Shown here in pieces: positions 1 through 12,709 of a stretch of DNA of 64,000 nucleotides. Numbering within the stretch: the stretch's first letter is position 1; the number at the start of each line of letters is the position of its first letter. Origin of the DNA: Mobula hypostoma (lineage: Eukaryota). The stretch covers positions 253,520,001 to 253,584,000 of the forward strand of contig NC_086097.1 in the NCBI RefSeq assembly GCF_963921235.1, written 5' to 3'. The notes below the pieces were generated by a model. It worked only from the letters and a program-made list of their open reading frames with translations, was not told the DNA's origin and did no database searches. A program made the translations under genes and the position numbers.

Positions 1-366
1 AGGTCAAATCATTCGGACAGAGATGGCGCTCAGTACTCGGTGTCGGAGAGCTGATAGAGCTCGAAGTTTTCGGATTGTGGTTGGCATGGCAGGGAGAGTT
101 TTTCTTCCTTCTCCCGTCTGCGTGAGATGTAGGACATTTGAGAAACTTTGAACTTTACTGTGCTCATGGACTTCTTCATCAAGTTATGGTATTGTTACAC
201 TGTTGTAACTATATGTATAATTATGTGGTTTTGTCAGTTTTTTCAGTCTTGGTTTGTCCTGTGTTTTGTGATATCACACCGGAGGAAATAATGTATCATT
301 TCTTAATGCATGCATTACTAAATGACAATAAAAGAGGACTACGTGTCTTCATAATCTAAATCTAAA
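1..366 (+). mobile_element. 3' part of a non-LTR retroelement (AT-rich 3' UTR, AATAAA, (AAATCT)n tail), cut by window edge
   Basis: aataaa near 327 followed by aatctaaatctaaaatc; no ORF; same layout as other LINE tails in the window. Confidence 0.5.
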
Positions 367-740
367 ATCCCAATCTACCTACATATTGAAATCGCCGTGA
401 CTATTGTAACATTTTCTATCTCCCATTATAATTTGCATCCCATATCCTGGCTGACTGTTTGGAGGCGTGTGTATATAACTCCCATAAGGGTCTTTTTACA
501 TTTGCAATTTCTTAACTCTACCCCCAAGGATTCTACATTTCTGATCCTATGTCACCTCTCTCTAAGGATTTGATTTCTTTTTTTTACCACACTACCCCCT
601 CTGCCTGTCTGCCTGTCCTTTGGATACAATGTATATCCTTGGATGTTAAGCTCCCAACTATGATCTTCTTTCAGCCATGAATCAGTGATGGCCACAATGT
701 CATACCTACCAATCTCTACAACTGTGCTATGAGATCATCA
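367..740 (-). mobile_element. Degraded CR1 ORF2 endonuclease fragment
   Basis: Reverse-complement homologue of 4860-5260 (APE endonuclease N-terminus). Confidence 0.75.
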
Positions 741-960
741 ATTCCCACCGCTATCTGTAAGGACTTTGTACGATCTCCCTGTGACCGCGTGAGTTTCATC
801 CGGGTGCTCTAGGTTTCTCCCACACTCCAGAGATGTACGGATTAGGGTTAGTGAGTTGTGAGCAACAATTTTGAGCTGCCCCCCGGAAAATCCTTGCTGA
901 TCTGATCTGCTGCAAACAACACATTTCACTGTACGTTGTCATGTTTTGGGGTACGTGTGA
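741..960 (+). mobile_element. V-SINE (HE1-like) fragment
   Basis: V-domain-like gcgtgagtttcatccgggtgctctaggtttctcccacactcca. Confidence 0.7.
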
Positions 961-1705
961 TGATCCACACCAGTGCAGTATGAAAAGAGCTACTTTTTAA
1001 TCAGGGTGGTGGTTGAGATTTTGAAGTCAGAGTTTCGCAGCAGTTTTTCTGATTTGAGGAGCGACCAATCAGCAAGTGGCATTGCGTAAAAAGAGCGACC
1101 ATTCAGTCAGATCTGCATTCAAGATTTAAAAGGCAGAGCTTCGAGCCAGTTTTCTCTGAGTTGGACAATCCACACCAGGGGTACATTTTAATCAAGGCAC
1201 CAATCAAGATTTCTAAAGAGGAGCTTCGTGGCAGGTATCCTGATTTGAGGAGTGACTAATCAGCAAGAGGGATTCATTAGAAAGGGCCAATAAGAATAAT
1301 TCAAGTTCAAGTGGAGCGGCCGTTCATTTGGAGTGTGCCAGGCTTTAGAGTGGCTTGGCTCATCAAGCTTGGCTGGGGTAAACTGTCTTGTAAGTTGCGC
1401 TCTCCTCTTCGTGTTCTTCTTTGTTCATTCCTCATCTGTTTGTGCGTAGTAGTGTAGTGAGAATGGTTCCGGGGCAGTGTTTTGTCCTGGGTGTGGGGTG
1501 TGGGAAGTCTGGGAGACCTCCAGTCTCTTGGAGAAATCCATCTGCGCCAGATGCACCGAGCTGCAGCTTGATGACCTTTGACTCATACGGGAAGATGAGG
1601 AGGTGATGGGAGCTGCAGGGAGGTAGTCACCCCTAGGTTGCAGGAGACAGGTAACTGGGTGACTGTCAGGAGAAGGAGAGGAAATGCACAGCCAGTGCAG
1701 AGTAC
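961..1705 (+). mobile_element. CR1 LINE 5' part (putative 5' UTR plus ORF1 N-terminus), outer element A
   Basis: From 1483 the frame reads CPGC-GVWEVWETSSLLEKSI-CARC-TELQL (CxxC...CxxC of CR1 ORF1p); ORF1 continues at 4073 after a nested insertion. Confidence 0.75.
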
Positions 1706-4068
1706 TTGGTTACAGGAGGGGCAGGACTGGCAGCTTAATGTTCCAGGGTTCCGATGTTTCAGACGTGATGGAGGCAGAGGGGTGAAGGGTGGGGGGGGGC
1801 GGGGGTGGCATTGCCAGTCAGGGAAAATGTTACAGCAGTGCTCAGGCAGGACAGATGAGAGGACTTGTCAACCGAGGCCATATGTGTGGAGCTGAGAAAC
1901 AGGAAAGGTATGGCCACATTAATGGGGTTGTATTATAGACCACCCTATAGTCAGCGAGAATTGGAGGAGCAAATCTGCAGAGAGATAGCAGGCAACTGCA
2001 GGAAACATAAAGTTGTGGTGGTAGGGGATTTTAATTTTCCATACATTGATTGGGATTCCCATATTGTTAAAGGTCTAAATGGGTTAGAGTTTGTAAAATG
2101 TGTTCAGGAAAGTTTTCTAAATCAATATATAGAGGGACCAACTAGAGAGGATGCAATATTAGATCTGTTAGGAAATGAGTTAGGACAGGTGACGGAAGTG
2201 TTTGTAGGGGAACATTTTGGTTCCAGTGATCATAACACCATTAGTTTCAACTTGATCATGGATAAAGATAGTTCTGGTCCTTGGGTTGAGGTTCTAAACT
2301 GGAAAAAGGCCAAACTTGAAGAAATGAGAAAGGATCTAAAAAGCGTAGATTGGGACAGGTAGTTCTCTGGCAAAGATGTGATCGGTAGGTGGGAAGCCTT
2401 CAAAGGAGAAATTTTGAGAGTGCAGAACCTGTATGTCCCTGTCAGGATTAAAGGCAAAGTGAATAAGAATAAGGAACCTTGGTTCTCAAGGGATATTGCA
2501 ACTCTGATAAAGAAGAAGAGAGAGTTGTATGAAATGTACAGGAAACAGGGAGCAAATAAGGTGCTTGAGGAATATAAAAAGTGCAAAAAAAACTTAAGAA
2601 AGAAATCAGGAGGGCTGAAAGAAGACATGAGGTTGCCTTGGCAGTCAAGGTGAAGGATAATCCAAAGAGCTTCTACAGGTATATTAAGAGCAAAAGGATA
2701 GTAAGGGATAAAATTGGTCCTCTTGAAGATCATAGTGGTCAGCTATGTGCGGAACCAAAGGAAATGGGGGAGATCTCAAATGGGTTTTTTGCGTCTGTAT
2801 TTACTAAGGAAACTGACATGGAGTCGATGGAAATAAGTTAAACAGCTAGTGAGGTCATGGAACCTATACAGATTGAGGAGGAGGAGGTGCTTGCTATCTT
2901 GAGGCAAATCAGAGTAGATAAATCCCCAGGAACTGATTCCCTCAGACCTTGAAGGAGACTAGTGTTGAAATTGCAGGGGCCTTGGCAGATATATTTAAAA
3001 TGTCGGTATCTACGGGTGAGGTGCCGGAGGATTGGAGAGTGGCTCATGTTGTTCCGTTTTTTTAAAAAAGGCTCTAAAAATAATCTGGGAAATTATAGGC
3101 CGGTAAGTTTGACGTCGGTAGTAGGTAAATTATTGGAAGGAGTACTGAGAGATAGGATCTACAAGTATTTGGATAGAAAGGGACTTATCAGGGAGAGTCA
3201 ACATGGCTTTGTGCGTGGTAGGTCATGTTTGACCAATCTATTACAGTTTTTCAAGGAGGTTACCAGGAAAGTGGATGAAGGGAAGGCAATGGATATTGTC
3301 TACATGGACTTCAGTAAGGTCTTTGATAAGGTCCCGCATGGGAGGTTAGTTAGGAAAATTCAGTCGCTAGGTATACATGGAGAGGTGGTAAATTGTATTA
3401 GACATTGGCTCAATGGAAGAAGCCAAAGAGTGGTAGTAGAGAATTGCTTCTCAGAGTGGAGGCCTGTGACTAGCGGTGTGTCACAGGGATCAGTGCTGGG
3501 TCCATTGTTATTTGTCATCTATATCAGTGATCTGGATGATAATGTGGTAAATTGGATCAGCAAATTTGCTGATGATGGAAATATTGGAGGTGTAGTGAAC
3601 AATGAGGAAGGCTTTCAAAGCTTGCAGAGGGATTTGGACCAGCTGGAAAAATGGGCTGAAAAATGGCAGATGGAGTTTAATACAGACAAGTGTGAGGTAT
3701 TGCACTTTGGAAGGACAAACCAAGGTAGAACATACAAGGTAAATGGTAGGGCACTGAGGAGTGCAGTAGAACAGACGGATCAGAGGACATGGGTTAAGGG
3801 TGAAAGGGGAAAAATTTAAAGGGAACATTTGGGGGGGCTTCTTTACACATAGAGAGCGGTGGGACTGTGGAATGAGCTGCCAGATGAAGTGGTAAATGTG
3901 GGCTCACTTTTAACATCTAAGAAAAACTTGGACAGGTACATGGATGAGAGGTGTATGGAGGGATATGGTCCAGGTGCAAGTCAGTGGGACTAGGCAGAAA
4001 AATGGTTTGGCACAGCCAAGAAGGGCCAAAAGGCCTGTTTCTGTGCTGTAATGTTCTATGGTTCTATG
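1706..4068 (+). mobile_element. 5'-truncated CR1 LINE (endonuclease plus RT, frameshifted) nested in element A
   Basis: ORFs 1865-2362 (YYRPP, GDFNFP, SDH) and 2962-3819 (YMDFSKVFDKV, QGSVLGP, KFADD); (GTTCTATG)2 tail; GTAC at 1702-1705 and 4069-4072; internal deletion near 3781 relative to the copy at 50333-51150. Confidence 0.92.
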
Positions 4069-4189
4069 GTACACCAGTGACTGTTCCCCTCAATAATAAG
4101 TATACAATTTTAGATACTACTGAGGGGGTGAGCTACCGGCTGGAGCCACAGTGATCAAGTCGGGTGCTGTTGCTTAGAAGACCAGAGAG

Positions 4190-4639
4190 ATGAAGAGGAT
4201 TGCAGTGTTGACAGGAGATTCCTTAGTTAGAGGAACAGAGATGAGGTTCTCTGGGCACCAGACAGACATCCAGGTGGTATGGTGTCTCCTTGGAGCCAGG
4301 ATCAGGGATGTCACGGATTGGGTCCACGGCATTCTCAAAGACAAGGGTGAGCAGCCAGAAGTCTTGGTACATATTGGCACCAATGACATAGGTAGACAAG
4401 GTGAGGAGGTCCTGAGGAGAGATGTTAGTGAGCTAAGTAGAAAGTTGAAAAACAAAACCTCCAGGGTAGTAATCTCTGGGTTGCTGCTTGTGCCACACAC
4501 TAGTGAGGGCAAGAATAGGACGATTTGGCAGGTGAATGCGGAATTGGTGCAAGGGGCAAGGATCCAGATTTCTGGATCACTGGGATCTTTTCTGGGGAAG
4601 GTAACCTGTACAAAAGGGGCAGGGTACACTGGAAACTGA
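4190..4639 (+). pseudogene. CR1 ORF1 SGNH/GDSL esterase domain remnant
   Basis: GDSLVRG and HIGTND blocks typical of esterase-containing CR1 ORF1p; frameshifted C-terminus. Confidence 0.85.
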
Positions 4640-5436
4640 GAGGGTCCAATATCTTTATTGAGCTAAAATTGTTCGGGTGGGAACTGGAATGATATTGCAG
4701 AAGATGAGGTAGTTGGGCAATGTGTAGTGCGACTCCTAGCGAGGAGAGGCTGATGATTACAGTCAACATGATGAGTTGCAATGTAACAGGCAGACAAAAT
4801 CGAAAAGGGTGAATACAGAACTAAAAATATTATATTTTAATGTGTGCAGTATATGGAATAAGGTCAATAAACTTGTAGCACACTTACAGATTGGTATGTA
4901 TGACACTGTAGGCATCACTGAATCATGACTGAAAGAAGATTATGGCTGGGAGCATAATGTTCAAGGATACACATTGTATTGAAAGGTCAGTCAGGAAGGC
5001 AGAGGGGGTGGTGTTGCACTGCTGGTAAAAAATGAAATTAAGTCATTAGGAAGAGGTGACATAGGGTTGGAAGATGTTGATTCATTGTGGATAGAGCTAA
5101 GGAACTGCAAGGGTAAAAAGACCCTGATGGGATTAGTGTACAGACCCCCAAACAGTAGTAAGGATGTGGCCTACAAATTACAATGGGAGATAGAAAATGC
5201 ATGTCAAAAGGGCAATGTTGCAATAGACATGGGGGATTTCAATATGCAGGTAGGTTGGGGAAATCAATTGGTGCTGGGTTCCAGAAGGGGAAATTTCTAG
5301 AATGCCTATGAGATGGCTTTTTAGAGCAGCTCGTAGTTGAGCCCACTAGAAGATCAGCTATTCTAGATTGGGTGATGTGCAATGAACCAGAAATGATTAA
5401 AGTAAAAGAACCCTTGGATGCAAGTGCAAACTTTAG

Positions 5437-5622
5437 AACTCCTCCCTTGGAAGGTCAGACACCCTGAGCCAATAGGCTGGTCCTGGACTTATTTCATAAC
5501 TTACTGGCATAATTTACATATTACTATTTAACTATTATGGTTCTATTACTATTTATTATTTATGGTGCAACTGTAACGAAAGCCAATTTCCCCCGGGGTC
5601 AGTAAAGTATGACTATGACTAT
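5437..5622 (+). mobile_element. Rex1/Babar-type LINE 3' end with (ATGACT)n tail
   Basis: Highly similar to 34582-34759. Confidence 0.8.
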
Positions 5623-6105
5623 GATATGATCAAATTCACCCTGAAATTTAAGAAGCTGAAGTCAGACGTATCAGTATTTCAGTGGGGTAAAGGGAATTAC
5701 AGAGGCTAGAGTGGGAATAATGGGGGGAGCCTTTTTTGATTAGCTGCCGGTGACTAGTGGTGTTCCACAGGGGTCTGTTTTGGGATTGATTCTTTTTATT
5801 GATGGTTATGTAGACATTACGAAGATAGGTGGAGGGGCAGGTAGTTTTGAGGAAATAGGCTACAGAAGGACTTAGATTAGGAGAATGGGCAAAGATGTGG
5901 ATGTTTTTGAAAAACTATGTATCTGGAAATGATATTAAGTCAAACAAATGTAAATTTTTGGCCATTTCCCAAAGACCTAGAAATTAAGTTTTTGCAGCAA
6001 GATTTTGGAGTGACTGAATCCAGAATGATTGAATGAGATTTCCCTTCAATAGAATTATAAAATAATCTTTAAATTAAAGGAATTTCAATAAATTGATTCC
6101 GAATA

Positions 6106-6617
6106 CACTCAGTGGCCACTTTATAAATTACACCAGTACATCTGCACATTAATACAAATATCTAATCATGTGACAGCAACTCAATGCATAAAAGCATGCA
6201 GACATTGTCAAGAGGGTCAGTTGTTGTTCAGACCGAACGTCAGAGTGGGAAAGAAATGTGATCTAAGTGACTTTAACCGTGAAATGATTGTTGATGCCAG
6301 ACAGAGTGGTTTGAGTATCTCAGAAACTGCTGATCTCCTTGGATTTTCACACACCAGTCTCTAGACCTTACAGAGAATGACACAAAAAAAATTAAAAGCA
6401 TTCAGTGAGCAGCAGTTCTAAGGGCGGAAATGTCTTATAATGAGAGAGATCAGAGGAGAATGGTCAGACTGGTTCAAGGTGACAGGAACTCAAATAACCA
6501 CTCATTACAACAGTGGTGTGCAGAACACAGCATGTCGAACCTTGAGGTGGATGGGCTACAGCAGCTGAATACTACGAACATACGCTCAGTGGCCCCACTA
6601 CCTAATAAAGTAGCCAA
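6106..6617 (+). mobile_element. Tc1-family non-autonomous deletion derivative
   Basis: TA followed by TIR cactcagtggccactttat; transposase N-terminal HTH remnant GKKCDLSDF...LSISETADLLGFSH; degenerate right TIR aataaagtagcca. Confidence 0.85.
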
Positions 6618-7175
6618 TATTGCACAGGAATTATTATAAACTTACTTTCTCAGCCCCTTCCTTTGCTCCTTTATGCCACACGTCCTTTTTCATGTTTTGT
6701 TCTATTTGGAAAATAAATTACGAAGATCTAAATTGCTGGAGATCTGTGTGAGTCTGGTGAAATGTTATAGAACAGAAATAGGTCACTTTGCATTAATCCC
6801 GATGTAAGCCTTGTCAGACAGACTGAATTATAAAATATTATAGTATACAAGAAACAATTGAGCCTGTTTTTTTTTGGAAAATGCTCTGTTTTCTTATATT
6901 AAAAAATTATTGATTGCTTTTGATTTCAAATGTAGCTCTGGGTGTGTAATGACTGGAGTTCAGATGCAAGCACAGTCCCAGAGGCACCTTATGCTCCTTG
7001 TATGTTAACCTAATCATTCCTGGCTTCATGCTCGTGAACCTCTTCTGGACCCCCTCCAAAAGGCTGTACCTAATCTGGATCCAGATTATAACTAACGGAC
7101 TGTGTTTTTCACTTTCCCTTTCCAAGTTAAAATGCTTGCATATTAATGAATTGGGAATTGAATTGAATTGATTTT

Positions 7176-7946
7176 GGCTATGTCCACACTAGACCAGATA
7201 ATTTTGAAAACGCCAGTTTCTCATAAAAACGATAGGCATCCACACCAGGCGTTTTTGAAAATACCTCCGTCCACATTAAAACGGGTGTTTGGGTGAATCT
7301 CCTCCTACTGGGCATGTGCAGGACACACTGAAAACAAGCGAAGAGGGAACTGTATACTTGCTGCGCGTTTGTCCAGTTACAGACTGGAAAAACTTAAAAG
7401 GAAATTGCCAAACAACGGACAGCTGTTGGCTCTCGCGCAGGAGGACTTAAAACTAAAAAAACAAATGCTGGAGCGTATGGAGGCAACCGACAGGGAGTTC
7501 ATGGATAGTATTACCCGGCTGACGATGAACATTGAAAAACTGACTAACTCTGCTGCAGAGGGATTTGCAATGATGAGGAATATGGTGGCTCCCCCTCCCC
7601 CCCCAAGTACTTTTCACCGCCACAATACCAGCCTCACAGCCACTACAATAGCTACACAGACCCCCGGGTGGCCCCACTATCATCTTCCCCACTCCCACAG
7701 AGGGGTCACACTGGAAACATTTCCTGCAGCCATAGTCTCTTCACCGATGAAAGGACCTCAGGTTTTTTAAAACCTCCGGTTACCCTGTACACACTACAAC
7801 GCCCAACCAGCGTTTTCAGATTTAAACACTCCGGAGAGTGTTTTAGAAAAGCTCCATTTTCGGGGGAGGAAAACGCCATTTCAGTGTGGGCGGAGGGTCA
7901 AAAAAGCTTGGGTTATGGATTTATCCGGTCTAGTGTGGACGTAGCC
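7176..7946 (+). mobile_element. PIF/Harbinger non-autonomous element
   Basis: ~25-bp TIRs ggctatgtccacactagaccagata / tatccggtctagtgtggacgtagcc; 3-bp TTT on both sides; splits a LINE tail seen intact near 46805. Confidence 0.88.
7369..7770 (+). pseudogene. Probable C-terminal coiled-coil remnant of the Harbinger Myb/SANT-like partner protein
   Basis: LKRKLP...LAQEDLKLKKQMLERME...NIEKLTNS helical stretch between Harbinger TIRs; no DDE motifs. Confidence 0.55.
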
Positions 7947-7991
7947 TTTATTTCTTCCATCCTTCACATACATGAGGAGAGTTTTATCAAG

Positions 7992-8528
7992 AATGTCTTA
8001 TGAGGATTGGTTGAGCGAGCTGGGGCTTTTCTCTTTGAGGTGAAGGAGGGTGAGAGGTGTACAAGATGATAAGAGGCATAGATCAAGTGGACAGTCAGAG
8101 ACACTTCCCCAGGGTGGAAATGGCTAATAGCAGGGTGGGGGGGCTAATTTTAAGGGGATAGGAAGAAAGTAGAGAGGGGGATGTCAGACACGGGGAATGC
8201 TCCCTGAGTTACCAGTGACATTGCTCCATTTAAATTCATGGCAATGGAACCGTGCTAAGACATATTTTCAAAGCTCTTTGCAAATATTTTGATCTTCCTA
8301 TCATCACAGAGTGGTGAATCTGTGGAATTTGTTGCCACAGCCAGCTGTGGAGGCCTAGTCATGATGTATATTTAAGGTAGAAATTAATAGATTGGTCAGG
8401 GCATGAAGGGATATAGGGCGAAGGCTGGAGATTGGGGCTGAGGGGAAAATTGGATCAACCATGATGAAATGATGGAGCAGACTCGATGGGCCAGACGGCC
8501 TAATTCTGCTCCTATATCTTATGGACTT
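7992..8528 (+). mobile_element. Two degraded CR1 3' fragments
   Basis: Similar to CR1 3' ends elsewhere; terminal gggcc...ggcct stem and tcttatgg tail. Confidence 0.7.
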
Positions 8529-9479
8529 TTAACATTCACAAGCGGTTGAGGTTGACTAGAGAGAGGGAGACGGAACCTAATTAGTCAACAACAAGATACT
8601 GGATTCCCTCTGCTTTCTTGTGGAAATGTGTATTGTAGAGACTTTGATGCTTGGTGTATCGTGGAGAGTTGTGTGGGTCCTCCCATTGTGCCATGTTTGA
8701 AGTAGTGATATTGTTGGTGTGAAGTTAACCATGGAGTTAATTGGCTCACAGAGGCTGGTTTTGCCACAGTTTGGGGTTAGTTTGTGAAAAGACAGCAGTG
8801 AGTTATAATCGGAATGGGTGTTTCACTCTGCCTTTCCAAATTAAAATTTCAGAGGCTCTTAGGTAAGTACATGGATGATGGAAGAATGTGAGAGGGAAGG
8901 GTTCGATTAATCATGCAGTAGGCTAAAAGTTTGGTGCAACGCAGTGGGCCTGTATTGTGCTGTAATGTTCTATGTTTTCTGTAAAGGTCAGTTGAAGATC
9001 TTACACTTTGATCTTTTATCATAAAACTCATTCCCTCATTGCTGGTTGGTTAGGATCCTGTGAAGTTGCACATGGTAGAGGAAGGGATGCTGGTGAGGGA
9101 AAGGCATCTCGAGGTCATATTTGTGTTGTCAGACTGTGAGGGATATAGTATCAGAATCATGTTTATAATCAGACCATAAATATAGGAGCAGAATTAGTCC
9201 ATTCGGCCCATCAAGTCTGATTTATTATCCCTCTTGACCCCATTCTCTTGCCTTCTCCATGTAACTCCTGGGACTGTGCTGGACATTGACGCAAGCGACA
9301 CATTTCACTGTGTGTTGAAGACGAGCAGTGTTATTTGTCACGTGACCATCGAAACAGTGAAATGCGTCATCTGTGTTTTGCTCTTTCGATGTACTGTACG
9401 TATAGAGCTGGTCTCCATCTTTACTCAAAGCATTTAGAATCAGGTTGAGTTACTTCTGAATGGGTGGTTTGTGAGCAGA

Positions 9480-9745
9480 TCAGGGTTCAATTCCTGATGC
9501 TGCCCGTACATCTGCCAGTGGCCACGTGGGTTTCCTCTGGGTTCAGTGGTTCTCTCCCATTTTCCAAAGAGGTACAGGTGATGGTTTGTGAGCTGTGTTG
9601 GCACCGGCAGGGTGGCGACACTTGTAGGTTGCCCCCAGCATGTCTTCGCTGATCTGATTGACACAAGTGACATGTGTTTGCATATATGTGTGACAAGTAA
9701 AACTTGGTCAAGGCTGGGGGCAAAGCACACGTTCACTGTATATTT
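9480..9745 (+). mobile_element. V-SINE
   Basis: ggttcaattcc B-box-like motif plus V-domain gtgggtttcctctggg. Confidence 0.65.
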
Positions 9746-9761
9746 CACAAAAAATGTGCTA

Positions 9762-9982
9762 CTGGACTCATTTTCAAGGACTCTACAACTCATGTTCTCA
9801 GTATTATTTTACTTATTATTAGTTTTTAGTGTTTGCAGATTGTTTTCAGTCTTTGTTAGTGTGTAGTTTTTCACTGATTCTATTGTATTTCTTTGTTCTA
9901 CTGTGAATGCCCACAAGAAAATGAACTCGGAGGTTGTATATGGTGACGTATGTGTACTTCGATAAATTTACTTTGAACTTTT
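9762..9982 (+). mobile_element. Abundant Rex1/L2-type 3' tail ending in (TTTGAAC)n
   Basis: caagaaaatgaa...gtatatggtgac...ataaatttactttgaac block, recurring many times in the window (e.g. ~33090, ~34990, ~39160, ~57780, ~61150). Confidence 0.65.
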
Positions 9983-10319
9983 TTTAGGATCTACCCTGAA
10001 AATCAGAAGTAGAAAGATGGCCCATTTAATTGGTGATTTAAATTTGAAATACTGAAATCCCATCAGCATTGTTACTGGAGATGGTGTCCTTTCTGATGCA
10101 AATGTCTGTGCTTGTCCTTACTACATTTCTGGTACAGGAAATGTTCTTATCCACTCTTTGGAGCAAGTTTTGAAGAGTCCTGAAGCTTTAGCCTGATGTT
10201 TTTCAACGGCGTAAATGAGGTTTTTTTTTGCTGGTGGTTGTATTTACTGTAAATGGTCTTTTACTGCCTTTTAGACTGTAAATACATTTAATGTAAATGG
10301 TCTTTTACAAATCATGTTA

Positions 10320-10860
10320 AGATTCAAGATTTTAATGTCATTTCCAGTCACGTGTAAAGGAGAATGAAATAATTGTTACTCGAGATCCGATGAAGCACAC
10401 AATAATAAAAAACACATGATGTTGCTGGCCCTTTTCCGGCACCTTCTGTGTCTACGTCTTTGAGAGCGGGCAGCTGGTGCCGGAGATGCACAGGGCAGTT
10501 TCGACTACCCATTGTGGTAGAACCAGCATATATGCTGCAGTGCGGTTTCTGTGCCAGGCAGTGATGCAGCTTGTTAAGATGCCCTCTGCTGTGCATCTGT
10601 AGAATGATGTGGGTATGGATGTGTATAGACCAGCTCTTTTCACTTCCTCAAAAAGTCGAGGCATTGGTGAGCTTTCCTGATTGTGTAGGATGGGACCATG
10701 GGAGGTTGTGTGTAAACTGCAGTCCCAGGAGTCTGAAACTTCTCCGTTTCCATTGCTGTACCACTGGTGTAAAGAGGGCTGTGAGTGGTGCAACTTCTCC
10801 TGATGTCGATAACCATCTCCCTTGTCTTGCTAACATTGAGGAAGAGGTTCTTTGCTATAA
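10320..10860 (-). mobile_element. Degraded Rex1/Babar-type RT C-terminal fragment
   Basis: FYRCTAEGILTSCITAW motif in ORF 10452-10793. Confidence 0.7.
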
Positions 10861-10995
10861 CACTCAGTTGTTAGTTCAGTGTCGAAAATAAAGATTGGAA
10901 GGAGCTCTTTTTGGTGAACAACATTACAAACAACCAGACTGTCTGATAGTCTTCCACCAAAATTCAAAATTGATTTTGTATGTACAGAAAATGTA

Positions 10996-11858
10996 TAGAA
11001 ACATAGAAACATAGAAAATAGGTGCAGGAGTAGGCCATTCGGCCCTTCGAGCCTGCACCGCCATTTATTATGATCATGGCTGATCATCCAACTCAGAACC
11101 CAGCCTTCCCTCCATACCCCCTGACCCCTGTAGCCACAAGGGCCATATCTAACTTCCTTTTAAACATAGCTAATGAACTGGCCTCAACAGTTTGCTGTGG
11201 CAGAGAATTCCACAGATTCACCACTCTCTGTGTGAAGAAGTTTTTCCTAACCTCGGTCCTAAAAGGCTTCCCCTCTATCCTCAAACTGTGACCCCTCGTT
11301 CTAGACCTCCCCAACATCGGGAACAATCTTCCCGCATCTAGCCTGTCCAATCCCTTTAGGATCTTATACGTTTCAATCAGATCCCCCCTCAATCTTCTAA
11401 ATTCCAACGAGTACAAGCCCAGTTCATCCAGTCTTTCTTCATATGAAAGACCTGCCATCCCAGGAATCAATCTGGTGAACCTTCTTTGTACTCCCTCTAT
11501 GGCAAGGATGTCTTTCCTCAGATTAGGGGACCAAAACTGCACACAATACTCCAGGTGTGGTCTCACCAAGGCCTTGTACAACTGCAGTAGTACCTCCCTG
11601 CTCCTGTACTCGAATCCTCTCGCTATAAATGCCAGCATACCGTTCGCCTTTTTCACCGCCTGCTGTACCTGCATGCCCACTTTCAATGACTGGTGTATAA
11701 TGACACCCAGGTCTCGTTGCACCTCCCCTTTTCCTAATCGGCCACCATTCAGATAATAATCTGTTTTCCTATTTTTGCCACCAAAGTGGATAACTTCACA
11801 TTTATCCACATTAAATTGCATCTGCCATGAGTTTGCCCACTCACCCAACCTATCCAAG
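10996..11858 (-). mobile_element. Young 5'-truncated CR1 (uninterrupted 254-aa ORF2 C-terminus)
   Basis: ORF 11093-11857 ([27 protein letters not shown]); (TTTCTATG)n tail; near-identical to 47968-48830. Confidence 0.95.
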
Positions 11859-12032
11859 TTTCATGTATGACTATGTTTTTGTGCACGAGAACCCACCATG
11901 CCTTTTGAAGTTTACCAGCAGTCTGAGAGCACCACTGAACGTACAACTTGTGAAGCGTTGGGCTTTGTATTTGCGCAGTTTGTATACCTGCACCATTTTT
12001 CTTTGTCCTACTGTGAATGCCTGCAAGAAAAT

Positions 12033-12425
12033 GGGTGCCACGATAGTACAGTGATTAGCACGACGCTATTAGAGCTCGGGGTGTCAGAGTTTGGAGATCA
12101 ATTATGGCGGCATCTGTAATGAGTTTGAAGGTCTTGCCCGCAACAGCGTGGGTTTCCTCTGGGTGCCCCGGTTCCCTCCCACAGTCCAAAGACATATCGG
12201 TTAAATAGGGTAATGGTTCATTGTAAATTGTCCTGTGATTAGATTGGGCTAGGGTTAAATAGGGTAATGGGTCATTGTAAATTGTCCTGTGATTAGATTG
12301 GGCTAGGGTTAAATAGGGTAATGGGTCATTGTAAATTGTCCTGTGATTAGATTGGGCTAGGGTTAAATAGGGGTGATGCTGGGCAGGGCATCTTGTTGGA
12401 CTGGAAGGGCCAGTTCACACTCAAT
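12033..12425 (+). mobile_element. V-SINE with internal triplication
   Basis: tRNA-like head; V-domain gcgtgggtttcctctgggtgccccggttccctcccacagtccaaagac. Confidence 0.8.
12199..12372. repeat. 54-bp tandem repeat, ~3.2 copies
   Basis: Unit ggttaaatagggtaatgggtcattgtaaattgtcctgtgattagattgggctag. Confidence 0.95.
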
Positions 12426-12462
12426 CTAAAGGTCGTTACGGTGACATTTACTTTGAATTTTG

Positions 12463-12703
12463 CGGATAATAGGTGGAGGGGCAGGTAGTGTTGAGGAAGC
12501 AGGGTGACTGCTGAGGACTTAAACAGATTGTGGGAAAGGGCAAAGAAGTGGCAGGTGGAGTATAATGTAGGGAAGTGCATGGTCATGCACTTTGGCGGAA
12601 AGAATAAAGGTGGAGACTATTTTCTAAATGAGGCGAGAGTTTGCAAGTCAGAGGTGCAAAGTGATTTGGGAGTCCTCCTGCAGGATTCCCTAAAAGTCAA
12701 CTT
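12463..12703 (+). mobile_element. CR1 RT fragment
   Basis: WQVEYNVGKCMVMHFGGKN in ORF 12504-12818. Confidence 0.75.
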
Positions 12704-12709
12704 AAAGAT

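Larger units (their letters stand above)
4073..5900 (+). mobile_element. CR1 element A continued (ORF1 esterase, ORF2 endonuclease, short RT remnant)
   Basis: PVTVPLNNKY continues ORF1; ORF 5067-5300 (VYRPPNS, GDFN); interrupted at ~5437-5622; jumps to RT-type sequence at ~5706. Confidence 0.8.
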
